The notes beneath the pieces are model-generated. The model saw nothing but the letters and a program-made list of their open reading frames with translations. It had not been told where the DNA came from and searched no databases. 64,000 nt of DNA, from positions 18,910,001-18,974,000 of the forward strand of contig CP158635.1 of the NCBI GenBank assembly GCA_050273025.1, written 5' to 3'. Origin of the DNA: Cenococcum geophilum. Its lineage: Eukaryota. This document shows, one piece after another, positions 51,001-63,800 of the stretch; position 1 is the first letter of the stretch, and the number at the start of each line of letters is the position of its first letter. A program made the translations under genes and the position numbers.

Positions 51001-51960
51001 ATATTGAGGGTAGCTTTAGTAAGCTGCGTAATCCACTATATGCTTTATGCGAGAAGTATAGCTATAAATATCGCGTTTATAAAAAGGGCTCTAGGCCACA
51101 TTTTAGGGGCGCGTGCTTAAGATATTATATAGGTGGTAGGCCGTGCGGAAAGGTACGTGCTAATAGTATACTATTATTCTGTTAGCTAATATATATATAG
51201 GAAAGTTTATTAAATCTAGAGCTGGTTATACCTTAGGGCAGAAAACGTGCGTAATTAGCTTCTGCTAGTAGTCCGGCTGGAATACCTACTAAGAAGGTAT
51301 ACTATCCGCATCTTAATAATACGGATATTGCTGATATCCGCATAGCTTCGTTCTTATACTATCCCCGCCCGCGCTATTATGCCTCCCCCTACTAAGACCT
51401 CTCCTCCTAAGACTCCCACTCGTAGTAGTACGCACGGCCGTAGGGGCACCCGCTCTACTACCGCTCCTTTAACCCTTTTGGCAATTGCTAGCACGCCAGG
51501 TGCTGCTGTTGCTGCTACTGCTTCCGCTAGCGCTGGGTCTATTAGGGTGTATTTAGTAATCGCTGTTTCTATATGTATTAATATAGTTCGTAAACGGGTA
51601 ACTAATATAGTGAACGATGTTCGAGCTATAGATCGCCGGTTTAATAAGTTTAAAGATTCTCTAAGTAAGATAAAGGATGAGCTTGCGTTCTTAAGGCGTG
51701 GTATTATTGCACTTATACGTAATACTGGGCTACTAGATATTAAATATGGGTAGATATAAGTTAGCTATTACTACGGGTTGGCCGTTGTTGCTAGTTTATG
51801 ATAATGAAATAGTAGCTTATACCTTTTTGCTACTATATTTATAGGAATTAAGTCTCTGCCTTATATTTAATAGATATACTTAATTAATATTATGATATCT
51901 ATATAAGCTAAGATAACGATATCCGTATAAGCTAAGATAAAGATATTTATATATCTGCAC
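48090..51960 (+). pseudogene. Tandemly duplicated (~1.9-kb units, 48090-49980 and 49996-51960) intron-containing accessory gene with a Zn2Cys6-like motif
   Basis: The two units are colinear. Motif at 49077-49184 and 51039-51146, each followed by a GTACGT...GCTAAT...TAG intron. Confidence 0.65.
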
Positions 51961-51999
51961 TATAAAATAGCCTACTACTACGTTATATACTACGTATTA

Positions 52000-54900
52000 A
52001 GAAGATTATATACTAGCTAGAGTTAATATTAATAAAAAGAACTCAATTAATATATTAAGACAAAAACGTACTATAAGCCTAAGTATTTAAAAGTCCTCTA
52101 GCATATTATCTATAGCCTTATTAAATCTGTCCTTATAAGGGTTGTATAGTAAACCGCTAATATAAGACATCCGTATATTAAAATTAGTAATGCCGCCCTG
52201 TAAGAGCCGCTCTAATCTAAGTTAAAGAATAGTAGGTACCTTAAACCTAATGTCTTATACACGCTAACGCATAATAGAAGTATATCCGCAATTAAAACAA
52301 TAAATTACTGTTACTCTTAGCATTTATTAAGCAAGTTATATACCGACTATTATATATATTAGCAGAGGTATAGGTGTAATATTAGGACAATAAACTATGT
52401 AAATATATTTAGTAGCTTCTCCTAGTACCTTTATATTCTTGTTAATATCACCAAAGCTATACGTAAGGGGATTAAATGGCAAACCGGCTGTAGTTAATAG
52501 GAAGGCGTTAAATGTATTTACGCCGTCCTTTGTGAGTTTCTTATATCCACACTATAGAATTAAAGGAGCCTTAAAATCCGCCGAGCGCCGCCTATATTGT
52601 ATAATTAAATCCTTTCTAATTTAATCTATAAGATAGCGGATATCTAGCGCTAGAGACTTAGTTATATATTCGCTGTTTGTATATTTACTAAATATATACT
52701 TAAAAATATCGCGGAGCGTGCTAGTGTAACTTATTATAAGAATACTCCATTTAAATAGCTCGTCTATGCTAAATGTTGAATTCCCGCGCGTCTAGAGCAA
52801 CTCCTTAAGTTAAAGATTTAGTAGTTTATTAAGGTAATCCGTCTTAAAGAAGCTATCTAGCCGCCCTTAGAGGTTAACTAAACTATTGGTAAGGATAGCC
52901 CGTTAAAGTACTGGATTATAAGCGCTTATTCTAACTAGTTGCTATAGGATTAGCATATTATATATATAGTTCTTTAATAAGCTTCTAGCAAAGTATAAGT
53001 AAAGGTAGGGGATTATACGCTTTAGTAGTCCGATATCTGTATACTTAATAGCGTATTTTAGAAGCTTGTAAGTATTAATAACCTATAGGAACCAGATATA
53101 ATTAAAGAACTCTGTATTATAGTTATTAGCGGCGAAGCTTAATATACCTATAGAGGACGATGTTACTACTAGCTAATGTGCGTTAGTAGGTAGCTTTAAA
53201 TAATTAGACGTGCGTTAATTTGCATTGCGGTATACATCTCTTAAAAAAGCTGCTGTGTGGATATCCTTAATATGCTCTGCGGAGATAGGTTTCGTATATA
53301 TTACTTAGCCTCACTATCTACCTTAATGTTGTACTTGTTGTGGATATAGAGTAGGAATAACGTAATAACACGAGCGTTAAAGCTTTAGAGGATTAGCTCT
53401 TCTATATAATAAAATAAGGCCTTTTCTCTAGGAATATTACACCGACCTAGGTGATTTATATAGGTGTAGAGCGCTAAAAACTGCTGTGTGGCTTACTTAC
53501 CCTTATAGAACGTACGCATAACTATATATAGGAAGTTTAATTGTATATGCCATAGCCCTAGAATAGGCAACACCCACTTATAGCTATTGTACGCACCTTC
53601 CGCCTTAACCTACGCCTCTTTATATAATTAAATAAGCTTTACGGTCTTCTGATCTCTGTATACTAGAAATAGCCAGTTGTTAAAAGCGGTTTTGTAATTA
53701 TACTATAGTTGGTCTAGGAAGATATTCTTTATTATATAATAATTGCCGTTAATAGAAGCCTCGCTGTTTAGAATAGGTCCTAAAGTTATATACTCTGTCC
53801 TTCTATAAGGGAGAATATTAACTGCTGGTATACGCGGATATTTAATATCTACGTTAGAGTTAAATATACTATTAACCGCAGTAGGATACGCGTATTGGAT
53901 AGTGTCTGTAATAAAACTTATAGATATCCGCTTTTAGAGGTTGTTAAACTTATTTTTAGCTATATTAATAACCTTATCTAGCTTAAGTTAACGGGTATTG
54001 TTTAATATTAACTGCTTAAGGCCCCCTTTAGGCATATATACTCCGCGTAAGATCTTTCCCGTAGTATACAAATTAAACTTACTAATCTCGCCGATAACCT
54101 AATATTAAGTCTTTTAGTAATAGTTAAAGTTATTATAGATAATGCAGATATTATTATAAATAGATAGAGACTTAATTAGTTTCTTAAAGGTTATTAGCGC
54201 TAGAAGTACTAGTAGAATTAGTGGGACTTTCCTTAGAACGTTTAGTTAGCCCGAGCTTTTTAGCGTTAAGAGTTATGTAACTATTAATTAGACTAAGGCT
54301 ATATAGGAAAGATAGTATATAGCGCTTTACACTAAGCGCCTAAAAATATAGACTAAGTAGACGGGTAAAACCGTTTATAAAGTTTTGGGCGAACCCTAGG
54401 AGGAATATAGAAGTAACTATAACTATACGTCTACCATACGGATCTTAACTATATTCCTCTCTATTTAGTACGGATATTCCCTTAATAAGCTAGAATAGTA
54501 GTAAACCGTACTGCTAAATAAACTTGGCTGTATTCTTAAGGTTAATATCCTAAAACTTCATATCTAGAGTCTATGTGTTAAAGGGGCCGCGTTATAATTG
54601 TAGTTAGCGGAGCTCTTTTTAAATATAGCGGATAGTATAGGTTACTAGCGTCGTATAAATATCAGCCCTGTTAATAAGTTCTTTTTATATTTCCCTATCC
54701 TCTAGTAAAGCAATAAGCAGGTCCCCTACTTTCTTTTTCTTCCTATTACCTTTATACCTATTCTTGCTTTCTAAGAACTTAAAGACTAGCCTATAAAAAG
54801 ACCAGCCCTATTAATGTAGAAGGTCCCTAATAATGTTAACCTTCTTTTTCTTTAATATCTTTGTCTGACTAGTAGGTGGAATATCCGCTAGTTACGGAGA

Positions 54901-55029
54901 GGGCTGGCGGCGTGGGCGTTTAGCGTTAGTGTTTACTGCGTGGCTTAGTAGTGTAGAGGTGGAATTAGAGCCTCTATGGCAACAAATTCCTTTTAACGTC
55001 GCGCGTGTATAAGGAGCTGAAGATCTCAT
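52000..55029 (-). pseudogene. Academ-type (DUF6589-like) transposase, RIP-inactivated; ends approximate
   Basis: ATG at 55029 near the element end. De-RIPed motifs AIKxxDIGLLKR, YFAGSxxxNY and LVNxxGRxDSFFxxDxLNE at ~52820-53060. Family assignment is from recall. Confidence 0.65.
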
Positions 55030-55556
55030 AACTTATAGAGTAGGCTTTTCTTTATAATTTGGTGTGATTTTTATGTTAATAGGTATTGTGGGAGGGTAGA
55101 TTAATTTCGTTAAAGTTAATGAGGTCTTCTTATATAAACGGTATTTAGGTTTTCCTATAAATCTCGCCAAAGTCCCTTAGACTAAGAAAACGATTACTGT
55201 CCTAAATTAGCTTAGCGGACGGTGCGGATATTCCAATATCCGTAATTGATTTCTGGTCTGAGCTTCTGAGGTAATAACATTCCCTCTGAGTAGACTTGCT
55301 AATAAGCAAGCAAGAGGCCTTATTTTGGGCAATCAAGCAAGCAAAGAAACGGCTTGCTTACTTGCTTGCTTATTTATTACTTATATATAGTTAATTATAG
55401 TAGCGGTGGTTTGGTAATAGACCTTTAGTATCTTTAGAGTTAATTTCTGGTGGCTAAGGTAATGTAAATAACGTAAACAAGTCCTTTTAGGCAACCGCTA
55501 AGCCTATTTAAAAACGTTTTTCCGCGCCGACCTAAAGTCTTGCGCAGCTTTACCTC

Positions 55557-55615
55557 TTACCTCAGCAAGCTTAGACTATAGAATTAATTAGCGGATATAC
55601 GTATATCCGCAAGCG
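55557..55615 (+). mobile_element. Isolated left terminus of a related AcademH family
   Basis: TTACCTCAGCAAGCTTAGAC...GCGGATATA..TATCCGCA resembles 42667-42722. Confidence 0.65.
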
Positions 55616-55667
55616 GATATCACTAACCTTTTTTGTTAAAAAGTTGATTCTATGGTATAAGAGGCCT

Positions 55668-57690
55668 GGCTGATCGTCGGTTAGCCAAAAAATCACGTTT
55701 TTAGCCAGCCACCTGGGTCAGATTTAAGGATCTCTACAGCGCCACCAGCGCCAAGCTAAGGAGATTCGCGTATCTAGGGCCACCCACTAATTAAGCCGCT
55801 AATCGACCCCGACTGTAGGGTAATTAGGGGCATTAGGGCCCTAAGTATATATAAAAAGGTCCTCCCTGCCTAATCCTTAATCGCGGCAGCACGTTTACTA
55901 TTATACCTACTATATAAGATAGCGCTGACCAACCGCGTAAAAATTAATATTGCTAATAATGCCGAATTACGCGCTAACGCGCAGTAAGTCCTTACCCTTA
56001 TGCGTGCTATAAGGCCTAAGAATACGTCTTTAACGTACAATCCAAAGCAGAAGGAGTTTAAGGTAATACCCCCCCTCTTTTAAAAGTATCGCGGCCCATA
56101 ACTAACGCGTTATCCGGCTTTAGGCCTTCTATAAACAGAAGTAGTACTATAACAGCGATACCGTTACGGAGGATAAGCTACTTCTTTTTCTTATTAAAGA
56201 GGTTGCAAGCCAGCCCTTAAAAGGGAAGAGCCGTAAAACCGACATTAACGTATACTAAGAGGAGACGCGGCTCTTATAGCGGTTAGTTTATAGCTATATT
56301 ACCGCTTTAACAGACCTCTATTAGATGCAGAAAGCTATAAAAATAAACAGCTACCCGTCTCCGTAGGAGGATAGCATTAGGGAGTACCTAAAGACGCTAT
56401 AGCGGAGGGACGCGCAGTGTAAGGAAAAGCAGTTTGTTAATAAGGGCAGAGATACCCTCCTTAACGGCTATACCGAGGATAAGTTCTAAAGCGTCTGCCG
56501 TAAGCTTTAGGCTAGGGGCGCCGCCTTGTCCCCAGAGTGCTACTTCTACACGCTTGTTAATATCCTACTAGGCCACTATATACTTACCCACGGCGGCAAT
56601 AGACGCTCTACCGAGATCTTAGATCTATTTACCTTTAAGTTTAAGGGTAAAGGCCCTACGCGCTATATGCCCTTAATATTTACTATATATATAGGTAAGT
56701 AGAACTAGTATAGCCGCCTTAAGACTATTAGGGCCCTATAGAACAAAAAGCCGCTCGTTTATATACTTAGCGGGCTAGCTTTTTATCTCTTATACCGCTA
56801 GAATCTTAGTACGGAGCTATTCCTAGACTTTAGTAGGCGCTTAGTATAGTATAATATATGCCTAATTAAGAGCGGTAGGGACCGTAAGGCGGCCCTCTTA
56901 TATAACTTATAGCGAGATTAGGTTATAAAGGCCTTTTAGTACGTTAGCGTCTTCTTAGAGAAGAAGACGTATATTAGGCGGAGCGCTAGCGCTAAGACGG
57001 CGGAGCTAAAGGGGGTTAGTAAGGACCAGATTTGGCGCGCTAGGAGGTAAAACTAAAAGCAGATAGTAGGCTATTACTTAAACTCTCTCCTATAAGAGTT
57101 TATAAGGTTAATAGTAGGACACCCTTTATAGATAAGCTGCTTTAAAATCCGCTATACGGGTATTACGCCGCCTAATGTACTGCTATTAATAATATGGCCC
57201 AAACTAGATAAATAGAAGGGCCGCTTTAGCCCACAGCTATACTAAATTAACAACCTTACCGCTACGGGGGTTATAAACCTTCTCTTTTACCTCCGCGAGG
57301 TCATTCTATAGGACTTAGTAACTCTCTATAAGATATTCCTAAGCTATTTAGTATAGAGCCACCCTATTTTTTAGCATAAGGCGTATAAGGCCTTCGCGTA
57401 GAATTTAGAGCCCTACCTATAGGAAGAGGAGAGGAGCCTAAATTAGCTGTCGATTCTCTACTAAGCTATACTACTCCTTACTAACTAACTAAAGGCTTTA
57501 TACGCTAAATATAAGTAAATAGCCAGCGAGGTTAAGGGCTTATTAGATTATCTAGATAAGTCCTAGTAAGCCTAATCTTTATAACTTTAATTACTAATAT
57601 CTAGAGGCCTTACATTTCAACTAGAAGCCCCTTTAGCTATAACTGCGGCTATAGCTGCGGTATAGCCTTAAGGCCGGTTTATTAACCCCC
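55668..57690 (+). mobile_element. Crypton (tyrosine-recombinase DNA transposon) copy 1, 3'-truncated, RIP-degraded
   Basis: RPKNTxxxYxPKQKEF / intron / VTEDKLLLFL, DKGRDTLLxGY, GxGPTRCMPLI, KKTHIGRSxGA and QIxRAGRW-like motifs (Ndc10-like YR domain). Confidence 0.85.
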
Positions 57691-57868
57691 ATAGCGCTTA
57701 ATAGGTATTAAGAGCGCGGTGTTGCTAGCGATTAAAAATTAACTATAGATATAGGGTAATATCCACAGTCGCTAAACGCACGGGCCTCCTCGCCTGCGTA
57801 ATTGTGACTTAGCTGCTAAATCAGCTATATAAACGTAACTATAGATATACTATTAGTATTAACTGCCT

Positions 57869-60862
57869 AGCTAATCCTTAGTTAGCCGAAAAATTACATA
57901 TTTAGCTAGCCACCTAGGTTAGATTTAAGAATCTCTACAGTACTACTAGCGCTAAGCTGTGGAGATACGCGTATTAAAGGCTACCTGCTAATTAAGCCGC
58001 TGATTAACGCCGACTATAGGGTAATTAGGGCCATTAGGGCCCTAAGTATATATAAAAAAGTCGTCCCTACCTAATCCTTAATCGTAGTAGCATGTCTACT
58101 ATTATACCTACTATATAAAATAGCGCTAACTAACTGCGTAGAGATTAATATCGCTAATAATGCTAAATTACGCGCTAACGCGTAGCTGTCACGGGACTTA
58201 TACGTTCTTACGTCTCTACGCGTTTTGACGTTCTTAACTCGTGCTTACGTTCGTCCCGAGACACCTACGCACGTTCCCTTACAACCTTATACCTAACCTG
58301 TTTTATTTCTACATCTAAATGTCTTTATATTAACTACGCATAGTTACGCGTATATAGCCTTCTTTAATTACTACCCCGTTTAGTATATTGTATTCTAGCT
58401 TATACCTACTTCCGTAATAGCAGTATATCCTTACCCTTATATATGCCGTAAGGCCTAAGAATATATCTTTAATATATAATCTAAAGCAGAAGGAGTTTAA
58501 GGTAATACCCCCCCTCCTAAAAGTATCGCGGCCTATTACTAACACGTTGTTTAGCTTTAGGCCTTTTATAAATAGAAGCAGTACTATAATAGCGATACTT
58601 TTATAAAGAATAAGCTACTTTTCTTTCTTATTGAGGAGGTTATAAGCTAGCCCTTAAAAGGGAAGAGCTATAAAGCCGATATTAATATACCTTAAGAAAA
58701 GACGCGGCTCTCGTAGCGGTTAGTTTATAGCTATATTACTACTTTAGCGGATCTTTATTAAATATAAAAGGCTATAAAAATAAACGGCCACCTATTTCCG
58801 CGAGAGGATAGTATTAAAAAGTACTTAAAGACGCTATAGCGGAGAGATATATAGCGTAAGAAAGAGCAGTTCGCTAATAAGGGTAAAGATATTCTCCTTA
58901 ATAGCTATACTAAGGATAAGTTCTAGAGCGTTTACCGTAAGCTTTAGGTTAGGGGTGCCGCCTTATCCCTAGAGTACTACTTCTACACACTTATTAATAT
59001 CCTACTAGGCTATTATATACTTACCTATAGCGGCAATAAATGCTCCGCTAAGATCTTAAATCTATTTACCTTTAATTTTAAAGGTAAAGGCCCTACGCGC
59101 TATATGCCCTTAATATTTACTATACGCGTAGGTAAGTAGAACTAGTATAGCCGCCTTAAGATTATTAAAACCCTACGGAATAGAAAGCCGCTCGTTTATA
59201 TACTTAGCGGGCTAGCTTTCTATCTCTTATACTACTAGAATCTTAATATAAAGCCATTTCTAGACTTTAGTAGGCGTTTAGTATAGTATAATATACGCTT
59301 AATTAAAAGCGGTAGGGACCGTAAGGTAGCCCTCTTATATAACTTATAATAAGATTAGGTCGCAAAGGCCTTTTAATATATTAGCGTCTTCTTAAAGAAG
59401 AAGACGTATATTAGGTAGAGCGCTAGCACTAAAATAGCGAAGCTAAAGGGGGTTAGTAAGGACTAGATTTAGCGCACTAGGAGGTAAAACTAAGAGTAAA
59501 TAATAGGCTATTACTTAAACTCTCTCCTATAAGAGTTTATAAGGTTAATAGTAGAACACCCCTTATAAATAGGCTGCTTTAAAATCCGCTATATGGGTAT
59601 TACGCTGCTTAATATACTACTATTAATAATATAGCCTAAACTAGATAAATAGAAGGGCTATTTAAGCCTATAGCTATACTAGATTAATAACCTTACCGCT
59701 ATAGGAGTTATAAACCTTCTCTTTTACCTCTATAAGGTCATTTTATAGAACTTAATAACCCTCTATAAGATATTCCTAAGCTATCTAGTATAGAGCTACC
59801 CTATTTATTAGTATAAGGCGTATAAGGCCTTTATATAGGATCTAGAGCCCTACCTATAGGAAGAGGAGAAAAGCCTAAATTAGCTATTAATTCTTTATTA
59901 AGCTATACTACTCCTTACTAACTAACTAAAGGCTTTATACGCTAAATATAAATAGATAACTAGTAAGGTTAAGGGCTTATTAAACTATTTAGATAAGTCC
60001 TAGCGGGCCTAATCTTTATAGCTTTAATTACTAACGTCTAAAGGCCTTATATTTCGACTAAAAGCCTTTTTAGCTATAGCTACAGCTACGGCTATAGTAT
60101 AGCCTTAGGGCCGGTCTACTAACCCCCCACGTCCGCCTATAAAAGCGGCCCCTTTAGCTCTATCTATTATAAGATCTAGTAGATATACATCCGCCTAGGC
60201 AAGCGTTATAGGCTCTCCTTTCTATATAGCTTTGCCAACGCCGCTGCTACCGCCGCTATAGCCGCTACTGTAGCCGCTACTATAGTTATAGCTAAAGCTA
60301 TAGTCCTGGCTAGAGCCTGGGTCTAGGTCTCTACCTATATACTATATAAGCTGCGCGGTAAACTCTATATAGGCCCTTTAGTATAAGTAGACTAAAGGGC
60401 TAAAAGGTAATCCTTTTATAGTAGCGCTAGATTTTAAATAGGGTTATAGCCTAATAAAGGGCTAGCTAGTAAAAAAAGGGTTAATAGTACTCCCTATAGC
60501 TTAAGGTTATTAAGGAAATTAAACGGGTTATATAGGTTTAAAAGGTTAGTAAGGAAGCGGTTATATAGTAGGTTAATCTACGGTAGGAGTAGATATAGTA
60601 CTTACTAGATTAGCTTTATAAACGGCTTTAAGTAGGTAGAAAAGCCTTAAAATAGTTATATATATAACTTCTAATAAGATACTAAGAGGTTGTCTATTAA
60701 AACCTTTATCTATAGCCCCCTAGGGGCTTATTTTATTACCGTATAAGTTTAATAGGGTACTTTAGGGTGCTTATATAATAGCGGCGCGCAACTTAAAACG
60801 CGAATATCTTTATTAACCTACGGCCAATTCTTACTATTCTAGTATAAGTAGAAAGCGCTTAG
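57869..60862 (+). mobile_element. Crypton copy 2, nearly complete with a GCR1_C-like C-terminal domain, interrupted by a solo LTR
   Basis: Colinear with copy 1 (offset ~2.2 kb, ~2.44 kb after the LTR). Extends to a YxxSxAVKxxxALWxEWTxG-like motif at ~60340-60450. Confidence 0.85.
58187..58419. repeat. Solo LTR (233 bp), TSD GCAGC (RIPed to GTAGC / GCAGT)
   Basis: TGTCACGG...CCGTAATA; the empty site is visible in Crypton copy 1 (~55981). Confidence 0.85.
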
Positions 60863-63800
60863 TGTAACGAAGCCTTATGGCAGGAACTACGGTAGACTTA
60901 TTAATAGGCTAGGTATATAGGTAAATAAGAAGTCAATAACGTAATAATAATTAGTGGAGTAGTTGCCTAATATATTAACTCTAATTATATTCTAAGATTT
61001 ACTATAAAGAAGAGAACTATCTAGGTAGGGACCGTAGTCCTTTAAATATATAATACTGCGTCTAAGAAACACTTAAGTATATTAGTACGTTAAATAACCT
61101 AAGTATATAACGTTTTAATAGATTTTATAGATACTATATTCCAAACTTATAACGTAACTAACTACGTAACTTAGTTACCCCTTATCTTATAGTTTAACTA
61201 GTTCTAGTACCTCCTGTACTTTTACTACTAGTCTATTTATATCTCTCCTTAGTAGTGCTACTACTGCTAATATAAGGTCCGTAACACTACCCCCCTCCTC
61301 TTTATCTTTATTTTTAAAGATATCTCGTATCTCTAAGTCGTCTATTAAAGGTATAGCATTCTTATCTTTAATTTAATAACCTTTATTATTTTTAATACCT
61401 TTTATTAAATCTTTGGTATCTAAGCGTTATACTTATATAATTTTAACGATCTTTTTACTAGGTAAAATTATATCTCCTTATTCTTATTATAAGGAGAAGA
61501 AGTTAGTATATATTGCAATTACGGCTCTATTTAGTCGCCAACCTTCTTTATATACTAAGTGTACGCGAGTAAACATATAATTGTCCTATAATTTTTAATC
61601 CGTCTCTAACGCTAAGTATATACGTCTTATTAGTCTTTAAAGTCTCTAACTTTCTTATCTAATTTGTTATAGGGTCCTATATTTAATCTACTGCTATAAA
61701 GCTTAATAAAGAGCTCTCGCTAGCCTTAAATAAACTTTATTATTCTTATAAGGTAAAGTAAAAGGTTATAGAGGCTTAGTAATAGGCTATTAAGGCTTAC
61801 CTAGCCGCATCTATTCGGCTATTTCGTCTTAAAAAGGTTTATAAAAAGGTGCGCTTTAAGGAGTTCTGTTTTATTAAGCAAGGTCTCTATAAGCTTAAGG
61901 CTAAGGAGGCTAAAAAGGATTTTAATTAAGATAAGGCGAAAACAACTAATACGCTAGTAGTGGATCCCTTAGATAATCTAGCTTATCTATTACCTTTAAC
62001 TAATCCCTTTATCTTTAGTTCCTTCTTAATAGTACCTAACCCATTTTCTTCTAATACTCCTATACCTTTCCTATAGCATTTTTTAAATTCTATAGTGGTT
62101 TTTAGGTAGTCTTATTATAGCCTATCTACTTAACCTTATACTATATTTTATTATTAACGTCTTTATAACTAATAATCTTGAAAACTTACTATTTATCTTC
62201 TTCTTATCCTCTATACGTATCTGCTTTATAAATTAGTGGCTTAATATTTCCGTATACTGGCTCTAGTATTATAATATACTATATAGGGTAGATCTTTATT
62301 TTAGCTAGTAGGTTTAACTTAAATATAACTAGTAAAATTCTCTATATAATTTTAAAAGGTCCTAGTCTAACGTAGTCTAACTTCTTACTTAGTTATTAAC
62401 TCTTAAAATTTTTATATAGTAGTTATACTTTATCCCCTTCCTTAAGATCTAGTCCCTTAGATCTCTTAGCGTTATAATACCTTTTTATCTTTTCTTATAC
62501 TGCCTTTACTAATTTTATAAGATTTATATAAAGATTTATTAACGTCTTTATCCTTTCTTTAGCTATACTACTTATTTTCTTCGCTTATTATAGTAATAAT
62601 AATATTCTTAACTTATATTTATAATTCGCCTTAAATAGTAATACGCCTATTTCTTCTTATAGTGTTATATTATATATAAGCTATATAATTAGTAATAGTA
62701 ATACCTAATTATTCTATGCGTAATTAATATAATATCTTAAATACTATTCTAGCGTTTAATTTAATCTTTCCGTTTAACTGTCTGTCTATAGGTAATACGC
62801 TATTAATATCACTGCGTAAACCCCTTATTTCGCTAAGAATACCTCCTAGAATGCTGCTATATATTACGGCACCCGTAACGGATCTGGTTAGGGGCTCACT
62901 TAAGACTTAGCGCATATATATAGACGTCCTTTCCTCCACCTTCTGCTTCTTAGCTTAATATCCTCATTAATAGACAATCTAATTGTACAGGCTTGCATAC
63001 GTTCTTTACGGCGCTCGTGCCTCAATTGACTGAGTCCCGTAGTACTATAAATCTTAGGTCTCTATCTAATATAATTTTACTTAGTACTCTATATCTTGCG
63101 AATACTTCTTTAATATAGATTCTAGCGACATCTTTTACTAAGATTTCTTCTGTATATGCTATAAAATAGCCCTATTTAGTTAACTTATCTACTATTATAA
63201 GGATTACATTATACTCCTATCTAGTAATAAGATCTCTTAACTTTAGTAACCTAATAATAAAGTCCTATAATATAACCTCCTATAGTCTTTCTAGTATTTT
63301 AATAGGTTATAGCCCTCTATATGGCCTATACCTTATTAGTTTATTTCTTTAGTAGTCTAAATACTCTCTTATTACTTTTCTAGCGATACCCTAGATTTTA
63401 TTAATAATATATTCTTTCTAAAGTCTTAACACTAAGCCTATTACTCTATTATGTTCTTAAGTTATCCCCTTATAGAAATCTTCTATAAAATACTCTGCGA
63501 TGCTTTTTAGAATATACTTTACTTTTTAATTCTTATATATATTTACCTATAGATTTTCTAGCTATGCCTCTAGAATTCTTTATACCTAAAAGCTCTTTTG
63601 TGTCTTATAGACTCTTCTTAATTTATTATCCTCTTAAGTTACTACTAGCTTAAGATAATTATATCTAATTAATCCGTCCTTATTTCTGCGTAGCATTACT
63701 TCTAATAGGTTTTTATTATTTTATAGTTTAGCCTTTCTACTAAGTACGTCTACTCTTGTATTTTTAGTTCCCTTAATATACTAAATCTTAAAATAGTATT

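Larger units (their letters stand above)
42667..55274. mobile_element. AcademH-type DNA transposon composite (12.6 kb) with 9-bp TSD TAACATTCC
   Basis: TSD at 42658-42666 and 55275-55283; termini TTACCTCAG...CTGAGGTAA; ~360-bp outer inverted repeats; RecQ-like helicase and convergent transposase. 9-10-bp TSDs plus a helicase are established AcademH traits. Confidence 0.82.

Noticed and set aside
55668..60862. Starship captain / giant cargo element
   Set aside because: The YR motifs match Crypton (Ndc10-like + GCR1_C), not DUF3435, and no Starship boundary or cargo was recognised.
31704..61286. LTRs at 31704 and 60863 as the two ends of one element capturing the gene island
   Set aside because: Each has its own internal domain on the outer side (gag left of the first; PPT and integrase right of the second), they are diverged, and their flanks show no TSD.
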